Origin: a virus
Taxonomy: Duplodnaviria; Caudoviricetes
Strand: one strand, 5' to 3'
Virus record (IMG/VR): IMGVR_UViG_3300005546_000002
Coordinates: 31,867-95,866 of that record
DNA: 64,000 bases
Made by a program: the position numbers and the translations under genes. The notes beneath the pieces were generated by a model. It was given only the letters and a program-made list of their open reading frames with translations. It had not been told where the DNA came from and ran no database searches. The number at the start of each line of letters is the position of its first letter. Position 1 is the stretch's first letter. Shown piece after piece: positions 38,887 through 48,814 of this stretch.

Positions 38887-39189
38887 TTAAGATGCCTTTG
38901 GCTCTTCCTTTTTCCTGAACCCCATCTTATGAAATACCAGAGCCTCGCTTATCAGCTTCATATGCGGTTCGATATGTTCCTCTTCGGTCGGAGCATCGAC
39001 CAGCGATTGCCGAATCTCTTCCTCTGTCCGGGCTGCGTAATGCGACATCGGGAAGTTGAAGACATAGCCGTCTTCGTACTTCGCACGGTTCGGAAACTCA
39101 TCAAGCGGCTTCGTGACCGGCGCTGTTGTTTTCCCCGCTTCTTCCACCGCCTTTGCTGTCGCTGGTTTTACTTTCTCTTTGTCTTCCAC
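38887..39189 (-). CDS. Hypothetical protein
   Basis: GGAGG RBS, GTG start. Confidence 0.7.
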   Translation of the reverse strand: MEDKEKVKPATAKAVEEAGKTTAPVTKPLDEFPNRAKYEDGYVFNFPMSHYAARTEEEIRQSLVDAPTEEEHIEPHMKLISEALVFHKMGFRKKEEPKAS

Positions 39190-39206
39190 CTTACCCTCCG
39201 TCGAAA

Positions 39207-39222
39207 GTCACGTTGACGTGAC
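39207..39222. repeat. 16-bp palindrome copy 17
   Basis: GTCACGTTGACGTGAC. Confidence 0.95.
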
Positions 39223-40508
39223 TATAACGTTGCTGCTTCGTTGATTACCGTAAACTGACAGCCGTTCAACGTAGCCGTCTTCATCATCCACAGCGGGATA
39301 TCCAACACGTCCAAGCCCTCCATATCCGCTCTCTTAGGCCACCCGCTCGCAGCCACAGCCATGTCCGCTTGGAATAGATAGTTCACCGGAGCCACTCCCG
39401 GAGTTCCAGTCGCCGGAGTCGCCGTACCGCCCGTCAGCCCCGTGCTATCCGTTGTAACCTGCGCGACATTTCCGAGGTAGGTCGGGAAGGTAATCGTATA
39501 GACACCTGTTGTCAGCGATACCGTTACGTCCTTCGCGCCCCGAACCACCAGCGCGTTTATCAACGCCTGTAGCGCTGCCGCTGAGATATTCCACGCCAAT
39601 CCAGTTAACGACTTGCCCAGTATCCCCAGAACCCATGTCCCGGATGTGCCGGTCATCGTAACCGTTTGAACCTCCGCCGTCCCCGCCGCTATCTGATCGC
39701 CGAAGACTGAATAACGCAGGTAGGCTATGGTGTTCCCGCTCACACGGGTCAACCAAGCCCACCCGTCGGCGTCCGCTCCAAGTTGAATTTGCCCGTCTGC
39801 CGTCCCCGGCTTCTTGCGAATCACAGCGTCATAAGCTCCGGCGAGTGCGCTGTTCATCGGATGGATAACCCCCCAACGGTCCGCCAGATTTAGGTCCCAG
39901 ACGAACCCGCGCCCGAGCGCCGCGCCCGAGTCCAGCCCAGAGAGCGACGCGGCGATAATCAGATCAGACTTGAGCGGATCAGGGGTCTTCTGCGCAGTCA
40001 CAGTCGGAGAACCTGCGAGAGTCAGACCGTCTTGAACGCTATCGCGAATCAACTGGCCTTTTCCCGCGCCGTCGAACACCGTTTCGTTCAACGTCGCGTG
40101 GAAATGAAGGGAATTCAGAAAGCAATCTATCGCTCTCTGGAATCTTACGGAGTCACCGAAGTCGTTGGAGAAATACCGGGGCTGGGTCGTTCCCGGCGTG
40201 TATACCCGCTGCTTCCCCGTTACCCCCACGGTCGTCGGAGAGACGGTCCCGAACATCGCCTCAAGCGCGTAACAAACGCTTACGAAGTCTATCGCCTCGC
40301 CAGACATCACGATATCCGAATCCACCGTTCCGTGCTGAACGGCTGTTGGGAACTCTTCGCCGACCGTCCCAATAGCCCGCACAGGGCCAGCAGCGGAAGG
40401 CACGTAGCTAACATCCGGGAACTGCTTGTCCGGGGTTACCCCATAGCCTAGTCCGCTCGTTTGAAACCCGAAGTAACTCTTGTCGCTTATCTTTGCCTGA
40501 TCAGCCAT
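39222..40508 (-). CDS. Major tail (tube) protein with inserted domain
   Basis: Position; AEVQTVT...YTITF insert typical of tail proteins. Confidence 0.85.
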   Translation of the reverse strand: MADQAKISDKSYFGFQTSGLGYGVTPDKQFPDVSYVPSAAGPVRAIGTVGEEFPTAVQHGTVDSDIVMSGEAIDFVSVCYALEAMFGTVSPTTVGVTGKQRVYTPGTTQPRYFSNDFGDSVRFQRAIDCFLNSLHFHATLNETVFDGAGKGQLIRDSVQDGLTLAGSPTVTAQKTPDPLKSDLIIAASLSGLDSGAALGRGFVWDLNLADRWGVIHPMNSALAGAYDAVIRKKPGTADGQIQLGADADGWAWLTRVSGNTIAYLRYSVFGDQIAAGTAEVQTVTMTGTSGTWVLGILGKSLTGLAWNISAAALQALINALVVRGAKDVTVSLTTGVYTITFPTYLGNVAQVTTDSTGLTGGTATPATGTPGVAPVNYLFQADMAVAASGWPKRADMEGLDVLDIPLWMMKTATLNGCQFTVINEAATL

Positions 40509-40515
40509 GTCTCTC

Positions 40516-40971
40516 CTACGATGCGGACAACCTTGCCGCTATGCTGTAGAGCCCGCCCAGATACCGAAACGGTTTCCCGGAACCCTGCGGGGCCAGCTTA
40601 ATAGAACGACGAAACGCGCAGGTTTGGATATACCCGCCGCCCGTAACCGACCCGTTAAACCCGTGGAGCCGCTGAAAGATTCTCGCAGAGATAGGAACCA
40701 ATCGCTCAAAGGACTCCCACTCGTCAATCCCGAATACCTGATACTCCGCTGGGGACCAAACGATAGTATCACCGTTGCCGTACAACACCCGGCCAGCCGC
40801 TTGAAGATTGAACACAACACAAGGATAGAGCGCTTCCCGCTCCGCTGCTGTAGTAGCCTGCGGCAAGTCCGTATCATGAAGCCCCTGAACACCCAATGCC
40901 CGAAACGTTGGGTCATCCCAAAGCCTGTCCATGAAAGCCGCTGCAACAACATCAGTGTACTCGCTTGCCAT
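40516..40971 (-). CDS. Tail terminator (DUF3168-like)
   Basis: LYPCVVF...YQVFGID; synteny. Confidence 0.75.
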   Translation of the reverse strand: MASEYTDVVAAAFMDRLWDDPTFRALGVQGLHDTDLPQATTAAEREALYPCVVFNLQAAGRVLYGNGDTIVWSPAEYQVFGIDEWESFERLVPISARIFQRLHGFNGSVTGGGYIQTCAFRRSIKLAPQGSGKPFRYLGGLYSIAARLSAS

Positions 40972-40987
40972 ATCACGTTAACGTGAC
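40972..40987. repeat. 16-bp palindrome copy 18
   Basis: ATCACGTTAACGTGAC. Confidence 0.95.
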
Positions 40988-40990
40988 TTT

Positions 40991-41353
40991 CTATCCGAAC
41001 ACCTGCGCTTGATCTTCCACAAGCTGATCACGCACGTCCCTGCAAGACTGTGAGAAATAAGGATTGGCCGGAACGAACGTCCCAGACTGCGTATGATGCC
41101 CGCCGTTCACCCACCTTGCATAAGCTTTTCCAGCACTCTCATCGCCGTAACTACGGAGCAACAACTTCGTCGGCTCCAAGAGTTCAGCAACCGAAGAACT
41201 CGCAAGCGCTCCTGTTAGCCGGGGAACCAGCGACTGTAACCGCTGGTCGCCGAGATCGCGAGCTTTAACATAAGCTCCCTGTACGCGCTTAATCGCCGCA
41301 GCGACTACCTGCGCCGTTCGATCTCGGACTACCACGGTGCGACCCCAAGCCAT
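40991..41353 (-). CDS. HK97 gp10-like neck protein
   Basis: VPRLTGALASS...YARWVNGGH...VPANPYF. Confidence 0.8.
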   Translation of the reverse strand: MAWGRTVVVRDRTAQVVAAAIKRVQGAYVKARDLGDQRLQSLVPRLTGALASSSVAELLEPTKLLLRSYGDESAGKAYARWVNGGHHTQSGTFVPANPYFSQSCRDVRDQLVEDQAQVFG

Positions 41354-41725
41354 TTATGTAACCTCTTCCGCTGCCATCACCCTTAAGATTTCATCCGAGG
41401 CGTATCGCGGGCCGATCATCCTGAACACCCGGTTATCGAGCGTTGCTACCCGAACCCTGTCAGTGTTTTTGATGTCGGTCCCGTTTTTGAACATTACGTT
41501 GAATGCCCCTTCTGAGACTATCTGCTCGCCAGCCACTAATTCCATCGGGGTTTTCTGCGAATACAACACCGCCATCTTCACATCGTTCGCAACCACGGGC
41601 CACGCATCGCTCCCCGCTGGTTTCCGCCCCCCTCGACCGTCAGTCGTCAGATTCTGTCGCAGGATCGCCCCTCGATCCCTTAGCCACTTGACCGCCAACG
41701 CTCTTGCGAAAGTTACGTTTCTCAC
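41354..41725 (-). CDS. Head closure (stopper) protein
   Basis: TDGRGG...DIKNTDRV; SPP1 gp16-like. Confidence 0.75.
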   Translation of the reverse strand: MRNVTFARALAVKWLRDRGAILRQNLTTDGRGGRKPAGSDAWPVVANDVKMAVLYSQKTPMELVAGEQIVSEGAFNVMFKNGTDIKNTDRVRVATLDNRVFRMIGPRYASDEILRVMAAEEVT

Positions 41726-42148
41726 TCACGCACCCCTTCTCCCGCAAGCTAATCCAAAGATCGTAGGCCGGTCGTCAACTACAACTACAACACCCGAAAC
41801 AACTGCGTCGATCTCCGACTCTGCGCGACCAGTCAACTGCGATACCAGTTCGTTTAGATCGACCATCTGTCTCTCGTAGGTTTCCGACCCGCCAAACGTC
41901 TCTTTCTTGACCCAGGGAACTACGAAAACCAGCGACGCTGCGGTCAGTAGATCAGCCGCGTTGTCCAGTCGCCTCGCATCGTCGTTCGTCCTGCTCGTCC
42001 ATTCGGGGTCCCGGCGCTTAACCTCTCGAATTACCGCCCCCGCGTATAGTTCGAGATTGATAACCGCATCGGACAAAACCTCTTCGGTTAGCGAAGCGTC
42101 TAGCGAAGCCCTCACGTGCGCGGGTGTAACGGTGATAGTGTTCGGCAT
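41726..42148 (-). CDS. Head-tail adaptor
   Basis: Synteny; helical; VTPAHVRA. Confidence 0.7.
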   Translation of the reverse strand: MPNTITVTPAHVRASLDASLTEEVLSDAVINLELYAGAVIREVKRRDPEWTSRTNDDARRLDNAADLLTAASLVFVVPWVKKETFGGSETYERQMVDLNELVSQLTGRAESEIDAVVSGVVVVVDDRPTIFGLACGRRGA

Positions 42149-42151
42149 AAA

Positions 42152-42167
42152 ATCACGTCAACGTGAC
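42152..42167. repeat. 16-bp palindrome copy 19
   Basis: ATCACGTCAACGTGAC. Confidence 0.95.
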
Positions 42168-42171
42168 TTTT

Positions 42172-42423
42172 TTAGACTTCGACCAAGATACCGTCGCGGA
42201 TCAGCCGGGATACCTCAGCGGTCACAGCGACCTTGACCGGCTTATCCCCGGCTACGAACGCTTCGCCGCCCGGATGAGCAGCGTTCCGTTCGTACAACGC
42301 TACTGGATTCCCGCTGTCCGGCTTAGCCGGGATTGAGGAACGTACCGTTGTAAACTTGACCTTCGACTTCGCTTCGGGCTCGTCTTCTTCTGTCTTTGCT
42401 TTCACGTCTTTGTCAGCCATCAT
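42172..42423 (-). CDS. Small virion-associated protein
   Basis: After major capsid; AGGAG RBS. Confidence 0.65.
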   Translation of the reverse strand: MMADKDVKAKTEEDEPEAKSKVKFTTVRSSIPAKPDSGNPVALYERNAAHPGGEAFVAGDKPVKVAVTAEVSRLIRDGILVEV

Positions 42424-42473
42424 GTCTCCTGTCTTTTTAACTCGTCGTCGTCTTCGCTGTCCGTAGCTAAATA

Positions 42474-43712
42474 CTACGCGTTGACATCCAGAACACGAGC
42501 CGCGTTTACATCGAATTTACTGAACCCTTCAGACTCGGTCATCGCAATCTGCTTGACCTGCCGCGTGATTACATTCTGAACCTCTTCAATCGAAGCTCCG
42601 ATCTCGAACACTCGCTCGATAGCGAATCTTCCGTCCACTCCAACGATCTTGAGATTCGGCGCGTCGTCCGTCCATCCGAGTCCGACATTGTCGGCCAGCC
42701 CCGGATTGATCTGTCTGAATCCCCCGAACCCGCTCGGACCCTGCAGGAACACCAGCGGGACGTTCGCGGACCCGACGTTGAGCAGCATCATCTGAAGCGC
42801 GGTTGCTTCACGTGTCAGCGCGATGTTAATCATATACGGATTCTTGAACTTCATCTTGAACGCCAGCCACCCCCTGAGCGTCAACGTTCCCGCCGCCGCA
42901 GCCGGGTCGAGGGTAGTCAGGTTGTAGGACGTAGCCGCCGTATTCGCGTTTCCGTCACCGCCGACGAGCACGTCGATCACCGCCCCGACCTTATCGACCT
43001 CGGCTTGAACGGCCATTAGCTGAATCGTTAACGCGATTCGGTCAATGCGCTGTCTCCGAAGGCTTTCGTAAGTAGCCTCCAACACGCGCCCGTACTTCTT
43101 TACCCTGATCTCACGATCCGAACCTTGGAGCATCAACCGTGGTATCTCAGCGCCCTCGGCGACCCGCGCCATGTGCTGTTTGGAAGTATCGTTTGTGAGA
43201 TAGAACGCCTGATAAACGCCGGTGTCTATCGGAGTGTTGATTGCAACCAACTCGCTCAGCGGGATAGCCGGAGCTATCTGCTCGGACAGCCGCGCCGTGG
43301 TCGCAAACGCAATTTGGTTGGCCGCCGTACCCGCGCCTGAGTCCTGCGAGGTATACACAGCTCGTTTCATCACCGGAGCCCCGACCGCCGCTCTGCGCCA
43401 CTCGCGAGCGATAAACTCGGGAACAAGACACCGCGCCGACGGGTCGTCCAACATCTCTTTGAACAACGAGGCATAAACCCCGGCCTCCGGCAAAGAGCGC
43501 GTCCTGATATCCGATAACATCAACAGCCGCTGAAAGGCGTCCAGTCCGTCTTTCTGCTCGCGCTCTGGGTATTCGCGTTCCAGATATGCCGACAACGACA
43601 TCCCTTTGTCATATGCCCGCTTATACAACTCAACTCCGTTCTCCGGCTTCAACCCGCGCAGAAACTCCGCTGGTCTGGGATACGCCTGCGCAAGACTCGT
43701 ATTGATCTCCAT
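42474..43712 (-). CDS. Major capsid protein (HK97 fold)
   Basis: RVAEGAEIP...VKKYGRVLEATYESLRR. Confidence 0.92.
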   Translation of the reverse strand: MEINTSLAQAYPRPAEFLRGLKPENGVELYKRAYDKGMSLSAYLEREYPEREQKDGLDAFQRLLMLSDIRTRSLPEAGVYASLFKEMLDDPSARCLVPEFIAREWRRAAVGAPVMKRAVYTSQDSGAGTAANQIAFATTARLSEQIAPAIPLSELVAINTPIDTGVYQAFYLTNDTSKQHMARVAEGAEIPRLMLQGSDREIRVKKYGRVLEATYESLRRQRIDRIALTIQLMAVQAEVDKVGAVIDVLVGGDGNANTAATSYNLTTLDPAAAAGTLTLRGWLAFKMKFKNPYMINIALTREATALQMMLLNVGSANVPLVFLQGPSGFGGFRQINPGLADNVGLGWTDDAPNLKIVGVDGRFAIERVFEIGASIEEVQNVITRQVKQIAMTESEGFSKFDVNAARVLDVNA

Positions 43713-43756
43713 TGTAGGTGCCTCCTAAGTCCTTTTTGTCGAGCCGGAGCCCGAGA

Positions 43757-44173
43757 TTACAGAATTACCTTTACAGCGTTCGTAACACTGTTGTCGATGA
43801 TCCGCCCGCGAGCGAGCACAAGCTCCGCTGCCGTACCGCTCGCAGCCTCGCGAATGTAGCCCTTGGCCGCGATAAGCAACGCTCCGACGATCTTCTTGTT
43901 GTTCGTCAAAGTCGCCCCAGTACCCGCTGGCAAGGTCATCCCGCCCTCGATCTGCACATTACAGACATCGGGCTCGACCTGTACGAGCTTCCCGGCCACG
44001 GCTTCGCCGTCCGCTACAAGTCCAACGATCCCGTCATCAGACAACGTAACCGCGAGTCCTACCTGCGCGGCTCCGCCTACCTTTGTCTTGTCGTAGACGA
44101 TACTGGAATCGAATTTGAAGGTCGCAAACGCCTCGTCGATCCCTTCGAAGTCTATCACTCTCGGATCAGCCAT
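43757..44173 (-). CDS. Capsid decoration/cement protein
   Basis: 138 aa, Gly/Ala/Val-rich, between scaffold and major capsid. Confidence 0.75.
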   Translation of the reverse strand: MADPRVIDFEGIDEAFATFKFDSSIVYDKTKVGGAAQVGLAVTLSDDGIVGLVADGEAVAGKLVQVEPDVCNVQIEGGMTLPAGTGATLTNNKKIVGALLIAAKGYIREAASGTAAELVLARGRIIDNSVTNAVKVIL

Positions 44174-44211
44174 TTCGATACCTCCCGGTTATCTTTCAAA
44201 ACCCAAGCCAA

Positions 44212-44227
44212 GTCACGTTGACGTGAC
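44212..44227. repeat. 16-bp palindrome copy 20
   Basis: GTCACGTTGACGTGAC. Confidence 0.95.
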
Positions 44228-45552
44228 TATCTGTACGCGGCAACCGGCGTGTCATGCCGTTGCTGCGCCGGGCTCTCTGGACTGTCGTCTGCGGTCGAAC
44301 GCCCGCCCGGAAACAGCTTGTCACCCACAACGCCGTACTGCTTCGCCCGCGCCTTCAGATGATCAAGGTCGGCTGTCGCGAGAATCTCGCGCTCGCCCTT
44401 TTCGTCGTAGCTCTCGCCGAACGCTCGCTTACCCTCGGCAACGACCTGATCGATCAGCGACGTGCGATACTTCTCGCCATCAGCCGCCTTCGCTCGCAGC
44501 GCCGGTAACTCCGCGTTCGCGGCCCGCAACGTCCCGATCTCGTCGGTCATCGCGGCGATAGCAATCGGAATCTCTTGAGTTTCCGCGAAGCCTGCTTTGG
44601 TCAACAGCGTTCGTATCGCGTTTTGAAACGCCACATCGTCGGGATGTCGCGGAACAACAGCCGGTGGATCGCCCGCACGAACGTCGGGAGCTTCCTTCTC
44701 TTTTTCCTTATCAGCCATTTCTTTACCCCTCTCTGTCGTGCCGAGCGCATAGACTTGCTTTGCCTCGGGAAGTTTAAGACCGATACCGCGATAGCGATCT
44801 TCCAGAAATCGCGCTTCCTTCGGAGTCAGCCGCCCAAGCGCCGCCTCTGCCTGAGCCTTTAAGATTGCCGCGCCCGGAGTAGCCCCGTCGTAGACGATAC
44901 TCTGCTCAGAGGCATGTGCGTTGATAATCTTGCCAGTACAAACTACGCGAGTAATCACCCCGCCCTCGCTCGTTATCTCGTAGGTCATCCCCGGAATATG
45001 CGGACAGTCCCATCGGTACAGATTCTCCCCGCAGATATCACAGCGACAGCCCGCGAAGACGTTCGGGTCCGTGTTCTGAAAGTAGAATCCAACCGAAGTA
45101 TCCGTAGCGATTCCCGCCCGTACATGCCGAATAAAATCATCGGAGCTGGCGTAGGAACCGGCGTTGAACTTCACGCCGGGCAAAACCAGAAAATCCGCAA
45201 CCGTTCGACCGCCGTTCGCCGTCTGCTCGAACGCGCCGGTCAACGATCTTCCGGGTCCAATCGAGTAACTGGCATGACTGTCTTGAAAGGCTATTCCCGC
45301 CTTCGCATCTTCGGCGAAGTTTTTCAACGAACTTTCGTCCATTCGAGTGTAGTAGCTATCGAGCTGCTCGTTGGACATCTCACAGGGAAAGAAAAACGGA
45401 GGAGTTTCATCGAAAACAGAGGGGTCGAAAGCGCGGTCCGCTTTAGCCAGTCGCAGCAACGTCTCGGTATCCATCGCGCGACTCAGTATCCGCGAGGGAG
45501 CCGCGAACTTCATCCCGTCAGTTGAAATCTCGTAGCCGGTTTGTTCACTCAT
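44227..45552 (-). CDS. Prohead protease-scaffold fusion
   Basis: FQDSH, DTSVGF, CDICG..CPHIPG, EQSIVYDGATPGA; helical C-terminus. Confidence 0.85.
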   Translation of the reverse strand: MSEQTGYEISTDGMKFAAPSRILSRAMDTETLLRLAKADRAFDPSVFDETPPFFFPCEMSNEQLDSYYTRMDESSLKNFAEDAKAGIAFQDSHASYSIGPGRSLTGAFEQTANGGRTVADFLVLPGVKFNAGSYASSDDFIRHVRAGIATDTSVGFYFQNTDPNVFAGCRCDICGENLYRWDCPHIPGMTYEITSEGGVITRVVCTGKIINAHASEQSIVYDGATPGAAILKAQAEAALGRLTPKEARFLEDRYRGIGLKLPEAKQVYALGTTERGKEMADKEKEKEAPDVRAGDPPAVVPRHPDDVAFQNAIRTLLTKAGFAETQEIPIAIAAMTDEIGTLRAANAELPALRAKAADGEKYRTSLIDQVVAEGKRAFGESYDEKGEREILATADLDHLKARAKQYGVVGDKLFPGGRSTADDSPESPAQQRHDTPVAAYR

Positions 45553-45697
45553 CGCTTACGTCTTCACTTGCCTGCTCAAGTAAACTTTCAAGCTCTTGCA
45601 CCGCCCCGTGAATCGCGTTGAAGTTGGCGAATGCTTGACGTTCCTGTCCACGGCGCTCTTCAAGTCGCCGCTCGATTTCTTCGCGGTTAAGAGCCAT
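45545..45697 (-). CDS. Small coiled-coil protein (50 aa, MALNREEIERRLEE...)
   Basis: Manual translation; overlaps both neighbours. Confidence 0.65.
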   Translation of the reverse strand: MALNREEIERRLEERRGQERQAFANFNAIHGAVQELESLLEQASEDVSDE

Positions 45698-46365
45698 TAC
45701 GAAATAGACGCGAACTGCCACTTGCTACCGTCCGAAGCGAACAATTTTCCACGCCCGGTTGCGTGACTCGTAATGCCTATGCTCCCGGCTGGCGCAGTCG
45801 TTGTGGTAGTATTCGCAGTTATTGCAACTTCCAGGGCGACGAACCATTGTTGATTTGAGAAACGTATCTCACCCTTGCTTGGTATCAGAGCGTTATAGCT
45901 CAATGCGGCTGCGTGCGGGTCGTAAAGATCAACGCCAAACTCCGGTCCGCTGCCGCTGTTGCTATTGAGATGCCGAGCTGCAAACATCGCGCGAGGGTTA
46001 ACACGTCCTCCGTCACCACCGATGACCGCAATGATTGCACCGTCAGGCTTGGCCGTTGGATTGCCTACGTCTTCGCCAATCTCGCCTACAACACCACCAG
46101 TAGGATAGAGTGATGCTACCTCGCCGGGTACGTTATACTTGCCGATAAGCCCGGCCACGTAGTTAGCTCGATTAGTCAGCGCCGACTCCGCAAGTGCGTT
46201 CCCCATAATGGGCGCAAGATACTTGGAGCTGGCTAGGGAGTCGCTACCAACACCCGCTCCGAGGTTCAAATCAACCCCGATCGGCTGATACGAGCCAGCG
46301 CCGCTATAGCTCTTAGCAATCTGAACCTCGTTCGTCTTGAGTTCGTCAAAGTTTGTTTCGCCCAT
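45697..46365 (-). CDS. Putative virion (head fibre-like) protein
   Basis: Gly/Ala-rich beta protein; APAGS...GKLF.SDGSKW C-terminus. Confidence 0.6.
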   Translation of the reverse strand: MGETNFDELKTNEVQIAKSYSGAGSYQPIGVDLNLGAGVGSDSLASSKYLAPIMGNALAESALTNRANYVAGLIGKYNVPGEVASLYPTGGVVGEIGEDVGNPTAKPDGAIIAVIGGDGGRVNPRAMFAARHLNSNSGSGPEFGVDLYDPHAAALSYNALIPSKGEIRFSNQQWFVALEVAITANTTTTTAPAGSIGITSHATGRGKLFASDGSKWQFASIS

Positions 46366-46380
46366 CTTCCCGACTCCCTC

Positions 46381-46396
46381 GTCACGTTGACGTGAC
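46381..46396. repeat. 16-bp palindrome copy 21
   Basis: GTCACGTTGACGTGAC. Confidence 0.95.
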
Positions 46397-46436
46397 CTGT
46401 TGATGGTTAAAAGCTAGAATGTAGGTTACATCGCGC

Positions 46437-46465
46437 ATCGTATCAACCATTTCCAGCCGCGTCAA
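46437..46465 (-). promoter_or_regulatory. Class II (late) promoter
   Basis: TTGACG-N17 (ending TGA)-TACGAT. Confidence 0.7.
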
Positions 46466-46623
46466 GCCTAGATTTCAATATTTTTCCATCACGGCCTTGT
46501 TACTTGTTATCACCAGACCGCATCAGCCTAGCCCAGAGCATTCGAATCGCGTCTTTGATTGTTTGCCACATTATTTGATCGCCGCTCCCGATCCAAAGTC
46601 CGTCCCATGATCAGCGCTAGAAC

Positions 46624-46770
46624 TCAATCTATGTTACGGCCCGAAACGAGTTGGAATATCAAGACAATCAGCGCGATAATGAGCAGCAGATGAATCAGCC
46701 CGCCGCCAATACCGCCGATCAACCCGAGTAGCCATAATACGAGAAGGATGACGAGAATTGTCCATAACAT
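46624..46770 (-). CDS. lmo0937-family (DUF5670) small membrane protein
   Basis: MLWTILVILLVLWLLGLIGGIGGGLIHLLLIIALIVLIFQLVSGRNID; GGAGG RBS. Confidence 0.85.
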   Translation of the reverse strand: MLWTILVILLVLWLLGLIGGIGGGLIHLLLIIALIVLIFQLVSGRNID

Positions 46771-46793
46771 CGACCTAACCTCCGTTTTGATTG

Positions 46794-46822
46794 CTTGTAT
46801 CACACAAGAAAAGGCGCGTCAA
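46794..46822 (-). promoter_or_regulatory. Class II promoter
   Basis: TTGACG-N17 (ending TGA)-TACAAG. Confidence 0.6.
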
Positions 46823-46829
46823 CCGTAGA

Positions 46830-46845
46830 ATCACGTCAACGTAAC
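46830..46845. repeat. 16-bp palindrome copy 22 (variant)
   Basis: ATCACGTCAACGTAAC. Confidence 0.85.
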
Positions 46846-46847
46846 TT

Positions 46848-48806
46848 TTAGTCCCGTGCTTTGAATCTTAGGATCAACCGCTGGACATCCGTAAAGGCTG
46901 CTTCCAAGGCTTCGCGGTCCCTAAACGTTGCTTGCCGTGAAACCGCGTCAACAAAGATTGCCGTGATAAGAATCTGCCCGAGAGCCAGCAATCTCGCTTC
47001 GTAACTCACAGAGTTCGACAAAACAAGAGACTGCAACGCCTCGTAGCCGGAATTGATAGTCTGCGTTACGGCCTGTATAAGCGACGTTCCTTCGTAAGCC
47101 GACTCAAACCCTTGGGATGCTCCTAAAAGTGCCTCTAACGCGCTCCCTGCGCCGCGTAGCACCATCTCTCGCGCTTCTACGGTCCCCGTTGTATCAGCGA
47201 GAAGCCCCTTTAGGGACTCGAAGACGCCGTTGCGGAGCGCAGCGACGGTCTGCAGCGATTCGATTGCTGTCTGCGTATCCTGCGTCAACCCGCGATTGGA
47301 TTCGTAAGCCATAGAGCGAGGCGAGTCTACTATCGCCCCGGCTTCGAACGATCCCGTCCGGTCCGCTGTTAGAGCAGCAGTAGCTTCTACTTCGCTGCTT
47401 TGCAACCCGCTCAATTGAGTCAGAGTCTCCACGACTCCGGCGATCAACTGCGCTAGCCCCGTACCGCTCTCGATATTGCCAACTCTCACCGCATCCAATG
47501 CCTGGTTTAATTCGAGGTTAATCATCGCCTCTTGGAAGACAACAGAGGGAGCGAGCGATTCCAGGCCCGCTGTGATCCCGACGTTGATTATCCCCAACGA
47601 CTCGAAAGCTGCTTGTGCTGCTCTGACTACTACGGCCAACGCCTCTACGGCCCCCGACAGAGCGAAAGCGATTCCTAGCCGAGATTCCAGTGCTGCCGTT
47701 TGTCCGCCGAACGCGAAGCCCAGAGACTCGACCGGGAAAGACTGTTCGCTGAGCAACCGGCCAAGCGATTCAAATCCAGTCGTGCGATCAACAAGCAAGC
47801 CCAGCGCCGCCTCTATGCTAATCACAGCCGTATTAGCAATCAACTGAGCCGCGACCTCATAGGGAAGAACCTGATCCTGCGCTAGCCTAAGCTGGCTCTC
47901 AATCGCTCCGACTACCGCAGCGGAAAGCTCCTGAACCGATTCTAGACCACCAGAACGAGTTTGAGCAATACCCTGTCCAGCTTCTACCGGCATCTCGGCA
48001 GAACGCGCTACAGACCCCGCCGCCTCCAATACATTAGCGAACGTCCCGGATAACACCGAGAGCGCTTCCAGTACCGCATCGAAGCTTCGGGCCATCAACT
48101 GACTTGCTTCTACCGCTCCGCTCTTTGTTACTGCTAACCCCTGACCCGCCTCTAGCGAACTCATAACACCGTTGGCTACCATTCCAGCCGACTCTAACGG
48201 GGTCGTCAACGAACCGGATAAGCCGTTCAGCGCCTCTACAGCCACGACATTAGCGAGCGCGATCAACTGCTGGGCTTCGATACCCGCGCTCCGCGCCTGA
48301 GATAACGCTTGCATAGCTTCTATGTTCAGAACAGAGGACAAAGAGACAGGACCACGCGATTCGAGAGCGCCCGAAGTTGTAAGAGAGATGCCGATAAGAC
48401 TTTCAAGGGCGAAGGTCAGAGACTGCGCAATTCCCTGATTAAATTCAAAGCTCTCTGACCTAGTTTGCGTAACCGGCTGTTGAGCTTCCAGATTCGCGAT
48501 GAGAGCGCGAGTAATTACCCCGAGCGCTTCAATAGCTACAACCGTAGACAGAGACAGTCCGGCCCGAGACTCTATTACCCCTGTATGCGCTTGACTGATC
48601 AGTAACCCAGATTCGATATTGCCGGTTCTGGTTTGAGACAGAGGTTGAGAGGATTCTAGATTAACCTGCTTAACAGGGAATAACCCTAGTTGAGATTCAA
48701 GAACAGCGCCTATCGTCTGGAAGACGAATATAGGATCGGTCGGAGGAATCCAGCGCCGCTTCTCAGCCGGGCGTCGATACGGTCGCCGGTAAACATAGAC
48801 ACTCAT
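46848..48806 (-). CDS. 14-residue-repeat fibre-like protein
   Basis: About 40 repeats of (I/L/V)E(S/A)xxx(I/L/V)xxxxxxx. Confidence 0.75.
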   Translation of the reverse strand: MSVYVYRRPYRRPAEKRRWIPPTDPIFVFQTIGAVLESQLGLFPVKQVNLESSQPLSQTRTGNIESGLLISQAHTGVIESRAGLSLSTVVAIEALGVITRALIANLEAQQPVTQTRSESFEFNQGIAQSLTFALESLIGISLTTSGALESRGPVSLSSVLNIEAMQALSQARSAGIEAQQLIALANVVAVEALNGLSGSLTTPLESAGMVANGVMSSLEAGQGLAVTKSGAVEASQLMARSFDAVLEALSVLSGTFANVLEAAGSVARSAEMPVEAGQGIAQTRSGGLESVQELSAAVVGAIESQLRLAQDQVLPYEVAAQLIANTAVISIEAALGLLVDRTTGFESLGRLLSEQSFPVESLGFAFGGQTAALESRLGIAFALSGAVEALAVVVRAAQAAFESLGIINVGITAGLESLAPSVVFQEAMINLELNQALDAVRVGNIESGTGLAQLIAGVVETLTQLSGLQSSEVEATAALTADRTGSFEAGAIVDSPRSMAYESNRGLTQDTQTAIESLQTVAALRNGVFESLKGLLADTTGTVEAREMVLRGAGSALEALLGASQGFESAYEGTSLIQAVTQTINSGYEALQSLVLSNSVSYEARLLALGQILITAIFVDAVSRQATFRDREALEAAFTDVQRLILRFKARD

Positions 48807-48814
48807 CAGAAGCT

